Below, one piece after another: positions 57,487-64,000 of a stretch of 64,000 nt of DNA; position 1 is the first letter of the stretch; the number at the start of each line of letters is the position of its first letter. A program made the position numbers and the translations under genes. The notes under the pieces are model-generated. The model was given only the letters and a program-made list of their open reading frames with translations, did not search any database and was not told the origin of the DNA. Where the stretch lies: NCBI RefSeq assembly GCF_009914755.1, contig NC_060929.1. One strand, given 5' to 3'. The DNA is from the human T2T-CHM13v2.0 reference genome, Homo sapiens.

Positions 57487-57780
57487 TGTATTAGTCTGTT
57501 CTCCTGCTGCTAATAAAGACATACCCAAGACTGGGTAATTTATAAAGGAAAGAGTTTTAGTGGACTCACAGTTCAGCATGGCTGGGGGCTTCAGGAAACT
57601 TACAATCATGGTGGAAGGGGAAGCAAACACATCCTTCCTCACATGGCAGCAGAAAGGAAAAGTGCTGAGCAAAAAAGGGAAAAGCCCCTTATAAAATCAT
57701 CGGATCTCATGAGAACTCACTCACTGTCAGGAGAACAGGGTGGGGGAAACCGCCTCCATGATTCAGTTATCTCCACCTGG
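57487..57780 (-). mobile_element. THE1 (C/D-like) LTR nested in an older MLT1-like LTR
   Basis: tgtattagtctgttctc...aaagacatacccaagactgggtaatttataaagg. Confidence 0.8.
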
Positions 57781-58864
57781 ACATGGGGATGGAAAATGCT
57801 ATCAGCTAAGCTAACGTGGGCCCACCCTTGAAGCTGCATTTGGGGTCAATTTTACCAAAATCCATGACTAGGACATTTCAGATTCTATGAGGAAGGGGGA
57901 GGGGAGGAAATGGATGCTGGGGCAGCAACAAACACACATCCATACCACCTCTCAATTTCATTTCTTATCATTCCCTAATACACACTCTTGTCCCTCCCTA
58001 ATCATTGATTCAGATCCTTCTTGGAAGCTCAAGCTCTAACTCTGCTAACGAAATCCTCTGAATCAGTCAGGAATCTTTGGTTGCAAGTAATAACAGAAAC
58101 CCAATTAAAATTGGCATGAGCTGAAAGAGAATTGTCTGACATCAGTTTAAAGTCCAGAGATGGTGCTGCTGGACCGGGCCTGGGTGGTTCCAGGGATTCC
58201 AACAGTGTCATGGGTGCTTGGTCTCCATCTCTGGGCTCTTCTGGCTTCTATGTGACTTCATTCTCAGAAGGCCCTCCGCAAGGAGGAGAGGGATGGCCCC
58301 AGTAGTCCAGGTGACCATCCTGCAGTTAGCAACCCCTGTGGAAAGAGAAACCTTTGCCCAGGGTTCTGCCAAGGCCCCAGGGTTGATGCTTACTCCACCC
58401 CTGACCAATCACCGTGGAGCGGTGGGGCCCACAGGGCTGAAAGGTCAGGTCTGGTCCCGATTGTACCCCTGACCCTGGTGGAGGGGGAGCCCCACCAGAT
58501 CCGCAGGAACTAAGGGAGGAGGAGGGGAGACTTCTGATGGATGGATTCTGTTTCAAGAAAAGAAGTCCCATAAGCTGGGCAGAGAGAGACAACAGCCCCA
58601 GTGACCCTGTCCTCTCCGACTCTGCCAGCACCGTGTGCTTCCCTTGCTCTCCACAGATGCCTCTTCCTCCCTGTGTAGAGCTTGGGTGCGGGAATCATGC
58701 CCTCTTCTGTTCCTGTGGTCAGGAGGTGCTTAATAAGCCCTGCAGAACAACACAGAGCGTGGCTCGAAATTGGGTGTTGCAATCACAGCCACTGTGGATG
58801 GAGGAGCTACCTCTACCAGGTGCTTCATAAATACCGTTTTCAGGAATTACACTTGACAAGATAG

Positions 58865-59172
58865 AGGACAGGAACGGTGGCTCATGCCCGTAATCCCAGA
58901 ACTTTGGGAGGCCGAGGCAGGAGGATCACGTGAGCCCAGGAGTTTGAGACGAGCCTGGGGAAGATAGCGAGACCCTGTCTCTACACAAAATACAAAAATT
59001 AGCTGGGTGTGGTGGTGCACACCTGTGGTCCCAGCTACTCAAGAGGCTGAAGTGGGAGGACTGCTTGAGCCAGGCAGGCGGAGATTGCAGCGAGCCGTAA
59101 TGGCCCTACGGCACTCCAGCCTCGGGGACAGAGTGAGACCCTGTCTCAAAAAAAGAAAAAAAACCGAAAAAG
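58865..59172 (+). mobile_element. AluJ
   Basis: TSD caagatagag. Confidence 0.93.
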
Positions 59173-59904
59173 CAAGATAGAGGTGAGAAAATGCAGGTCC
59201 AGAGATGGGAAGCAATTGCCCAGGTCACACAGCTGGTGAGCAATAGAGCTGGGATCCTCACTGTGTCTGGCTGATGCGTTCTATAACCCCTGGCTTCACC
59301 TCTCTGCCGGTACCCCCTCCCAGCCCTCCAAATGTGAGCTCCAGGGGCCTGCAAACAGCCTGAAAATATTAAGCTGCTTCTATTTGATTTGGTCTCTTTT
59401 CTGACTATTCCTTGGTACCAGAAGAAACCCCATGTAGGTGAGTAGTTGGGCTTGTTCCAGGGGGAAATGGACAGTGACTTTGCCACCTCTTCTGAGGCCT
59501 GGCTTCCTTGCAGGGGGTAATGGGCCCGCTGCTGTCAGGGTCTTTGCACTCGCCGTTCCTCTGCCAGGGATGCTCTTCCTGCAGGTCCCTCTCTGCTCCC
59601 TCTCATCATCCCTGTCTCAGCAAAAATGTCAGGTCCTCTGGGGCCTTGCCTAATAGCCCTCCGCCCCCGGAAGCATCACCCTACAGCATCCTCACTGTCA
59701 TTTTCCCGTTTACTAGCTTCGTGTTATTATCTCATCCCACTAGGACGGGAAGTTCCAGGGAAGAGGGGACCTATCTTGTCTTATTCACAGACGGGGGATC
59801 CTCAGGGCCCAGAACAGTCCCCAGTGCATGTGGGTGCTCAAGAAAGACTTTGAAAATGGGAAGAGGGAACGAGTGGTCTCACAGAGCTCATGATGTGCTG
59901 TTTC

Positions 59905-60198
<294 letters not shown>

Positions 60199-61224
60199 TG
60201 AGGTCTTCAAGCCCTCCTTGCATTTTGTGGCCTACCTGCTGGGAGGGAACGTCTGCTTGGCAGGCTGGCTTGTCTTTGCTCCCAGCCAGAGCTGCTGGAA
60301 TAACAAGCAGGGCAGGAGCCTTTTCTCCAAGGGGGGCTGACCTGCCCTCTGAGGCAGTGCCCATGGGCTGGGCTTAAGAGCTGACTTGCAGGACAGTTGT
60401 CCCAATGGGGTCCCTGGGACTCGTGTCTGTCCCCTGGGGCTGCACGTCGCTTGAGTGCCCAGTGAGGTGGCTTGGGAGGGATTTAGCAGCGGCCACACTG
60501 CACTGCTCTGCGCCTCACCACTGCAGCAGGATGGAGCGGGGAGGGAGTGACAAGGGGCTCACGCCAGTCTCCAGTGGCCAGAGAGCTTGACAGGTGGTTC
60601 CAGGGCCTATCCAGTCTCTCCATAGGCACTGGGACAGTGACTGAGTCTCTCCTTACTTACTCCCAGGCTTCTGCCCCTCCAGCATCCTGACACCATGGCT
60701 TGCTTTTTCGGGGCTCTCCCAGCCTTTCCCTACGATCCTACCACCTTTGTCGCCTCCACACCCATTTCTTTGTTTCTAGGAAAATCGGAGTCTCTCCTCC
60801 ATCCCTCTCCCACTCTCCTAGACTGGTGGAGAGAAGTGACCAGTGAACCCAGCTGGGCACTGGATGGAATGTGAAAACTCTTGAGACATAGGACAGGAGT
60901 TACAGCCGATCTCTGCCCTTTTCCCAGAAAGAAGGCGAAGGTGAAGTCCAAGGTTTCTACACCACAGCAGGCCAGGCCAGGAAGCAGGTGAGAGCAGTGG
61001 CGCCTCTGGAACGGCATCCAAATGTCTTTAGAAGGTCTGAGAAGCCCCTGCCAGCTGCCCCGGTGTCACCCACACTATTCCAGGCTGCAGCTCACTGGCC
61101 CCATCGCTCGGTTCTCCCTCACACAGGCCCTCTGCCTGGCACAGGACCGTGCCCAGCTGTGCCCTCTGTCCAGAACACTCCCCTGGGGCTTGTCAAGGCT
61201 CACCACTCCTTGTCATTCAGGTCC

Positions 61225-61365
61225 CAGCTCTTGCACCATTAAAGCGTCCATCAGATTCATCAGGAGGGCTTGGGACATCCAGATGGCTGGGCAGCAGAAC
61301 AGCTCCTCAGCAGGCAGGTCCAGGTAGGGCCTGGGAATCTGCATTTCTAACAAGTTCTCAGGATT
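61225..61365. mobile_element. MER5A-like DNA transposon
   Basis: gggcctgggaatctgcatttctaacaagttctcagg. Confidence 0.65.
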
Positions 61366-62071
61366 GCTTTGGGTTTTGTTAGTTTGCCATTTCCACTGCA
61401 GCAGATGAAACTCCACAAGGGCTGACCCCGAGTTGTTTTCATTCTGAGTATCCACAGCCTGGCACACAGTAGGCGCTCAATAAATACTGATTGGATAAAT
61501 GAACAATTCGACACACCCTCCCATCGATTAGACAGGAGCTTTCCCCATGCTGGGACCTCAAGGGCTCCCTCACGCGTAGGACACCTCGGCATGATGTGTG
61601 GAGCTGCTGCGCGCTGGAAATTCCAGAGCTGAACAAATGCTGCCCCCTGTCCTTGGGCACACACCCCTCTAATGAGCCAAAGGAGGCTATTCTAAGGCAG
61701 CCGAATGCTGCATGTTCTCCAGTGTGTAACTGTGCTGCTGACACTTCCTTAGACAACCTGGGAAATGTAGGCAAAATTATTATTATCGTTGTTGTTGTTA
61801 TCAATATTTATTATACGCATTGTGTAGGATGAGCCATTTCACGCCTGGTTTTTAATCAGTTTCTGTTCCCTGAAGACAGTCTGGTGAGTAACTCGTTAGA
61901 AAACTGTAGTGAGCTGGAGTCCTCCAACACACCTGTTGGAAGACCCAGTTCAGGACAGCTTCCAGGCCCTGAGCTGGGCAGTGGGGAGCCCTGGGGCCCT
62001 GGAGACAGAGGGCATCCACAGCTGTTTTGAAAGCTCACATCCAAACTTTAGAATGTGGAAAGATTGAACTC

Positions 62072-62190
62072 TTTTTTATTTTTGTATATATATATATATA
62101 TATATATTTTGTAGAGATGGGGTCTCACCATGTTGCCCAGGCTGATCTCAAACTCCTGGACTCAAGCAATCCTCTTGCCTCAGCCTCCCA
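62072..62190 (-). mobile_element. Alu fragment with (TA)n microsatellite
   Basis: (TA)n at 62085-62107 then gtagagatggggtctcaccatgttgccc. Confidence 0.85.
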
Positions 62191-64000
62191 TGGTGGAGAG
62201 GACTGAACTCTTAAGATAATTCCCATAAGTAAGTGATGTCTGGTCCCTCACTGCTTTACAAATGCCCCTGCCCTCATTGCCTTCCTTAAAACCCATCACA
62301 CAGGCCTGTCTATGGAGGCAGGACCAGAGAGGCAGGGCGCACAAGTGAGGGCGCTTGTGTGCCCTTTGAGCAGGGGATCTGGGGGACCAAGGGGTAAGGG
62401 AGCAGAAGAGGAGCCTGAAGCCACTGTGACTATCACCCGCCCCGGCAGGGCTCTGCGCCCCCCGACGACCCCCTCCAGTTAGGAGTGGTGCATGCTCCAC
62501 CCCCTGCTTCCAGCCAGCCTCCCACCCACCCCCATCCAGGGAGTGCTGGGGGATGGCCCCGGGTCTGGGGGGAGCTGCCACAAGAAAGACACATTTCCTG
62601 CCTAATGGAGGTGGTTGGGTTGGTAATGAGTGTTCCTGCTAATTTGGAGGAATGATTTAACACCAGGAGGAGCCCGGGAAAACATCTTCTGAATAGAAAG
62701 AGTGGAACGACCCCCACCAGGCGGCGGCTCCGAGTACCGTGTTACTTCTTGGGCCTTTGGATCTGTCTACACAGGGAGGGACTGAGAACCCCGGGAACTG
62801 CATCCCTAGGAAGGAAGTGGGAAGGCAGGTGCCAGCTCAGTGTCTGGAGCTAAAGAAGGGAGGAAAGCCCCTACACACAGGTTCTCCCACCCCTCAGTGA
62901 GGCATTGGGTGCAGGGCCCAGTAGAGAGGCGGGAGAGCTGCTTGTGGACCGTGGTCGGCCACCTCGCCAGCTGGACACCTCTGGGCCTCACTGTCTTCCC
63001 AGCTGCAGGGATTAAAGGGGACAGCGAGGGGTGGGGCAAGCCCTGCACATGTTTGTCTGTCCATTCAACATTGTTTTTGAAGCACTTACTATGTGCCAGA
63101 TGTTCCTCTGTGCCCTGGGGCTCTGGTGGGCATGTCCTTGGAGGTCCCTGCTCATGTTCCAGTGGAGAAGGAAGAGGACGATGGACAGGCCAGCAGATAA
63201 ATGAATGAGAAAGACAGCATGTGGTCTGCACCAGTGGCAGCACAGCCGATGGAGCAGGGACCTGGGGCAGGAGAGGGAGGTGGGGAGCTGAGGCCTGGGC
63301 TGCTGAGGATATGGGAGGGCAGGCCAGCCGGGGAACAGCAGGAGCAAAGGCCAGGAATGGGGGCCAGCCTCAGAGGTTTGGGGGAAGTGACGGAAGCAGA
63401 TGGAGCGAGGGAGTGGGGGGAAGCGTGTGGCCCTGGAAAAGAGTCTGGATTTCCTTCCACTGCAGCCAGAAAGTCACTGGAAGCTTCAGCACGGGAGTTC
63501 CGTGATCTGATTTACATTAGAAAACACAACCCGAGATGCTCTCGTGTGGAATGGAGAGACTGGGGAGGAGGTGACAGAAAATTTAGGAGGCTGTAGTGAG
63601 AGAGGAGGGGGTTTGGACCAGGGGGGCCGGTGAGAGAAGTAGCTGGGCCTGGGACAGGTCTGGGGTGGAGCCTGCCGCCTCTGCTAATGGGTGCCTGTGG
63701 GAGGCCCTTTAGAGAAGAGCAGGAGGAGGTCTGATCCAGAGCCTGAGCCAGCCCTGGAGACGGGAAGGCCATGGGAGGGAAAGCAGGGAGCTCTGCTGGA
63801 CTCTGGATTCCGGGAGGGACCTGGGAACCTGAATTTTTAATGAGCTGACCCCCAAGGGATTCGGGTGACGCCTCTGCTCTCAAATTTCAACTCTGGACTT
63901 GGAATTCTATATGTGTAAAAAACGTAGCCTGGGGGTTCCGGTTGCCAAGTAAGGGGTGGAATATAAAAATTTAAACATAGAAAACACTTGTCATTTCACT

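Overview
Human/primate genomic DNA: Alu-rich, GC-rich, spliced gene structure, so the six-frame ORF track is almost all noise. The first ~9.65 kb hold the 3' part of TSPAN17 (TspanC8 tetraspanin, + strand): coding exons 2-8 with canonical GT-AG borders, all phase 0, an alternative terminal coding exon at 8107, and a poly(A) signal at 9621. Exon 1 lies upstream of the window. The remaining ~54 kb show no supportable protein-coding gene; from memory this is the 5q35.2 interval toward UNC5A. It contains about 20 Alus, old L1/L2/MIR/CR1 fragments, MER52, THE1, MLT1 and MER21 LTRs, MER82/MER47/MER5/MER63/MER103 DNA transposons (several nested), an orphan CpG island at ~30.6-31.1 kb, a strong CTCF motif and several enhancer-like non-repeat patches. 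I found no clearly new protein system. The best leads are: (1) a 95%-identical ~104-bp duplication bracketing exons 2-3; (2) inverted Alus flanking a stop-free 495-nt exon 2-5 block, a candidate endless-ORF circRNA; (3) splice donors inside and overlapping the stop codon that give three C-termini; (4) two separate Alus with fold-back hairpins at the same Alu motif; (5) an AluJ plus 60 bp of unique flank present twice ~29.5 kb apart. Repeat family calls are by eye from remembered consensus sequences and their boundaries are approximate.
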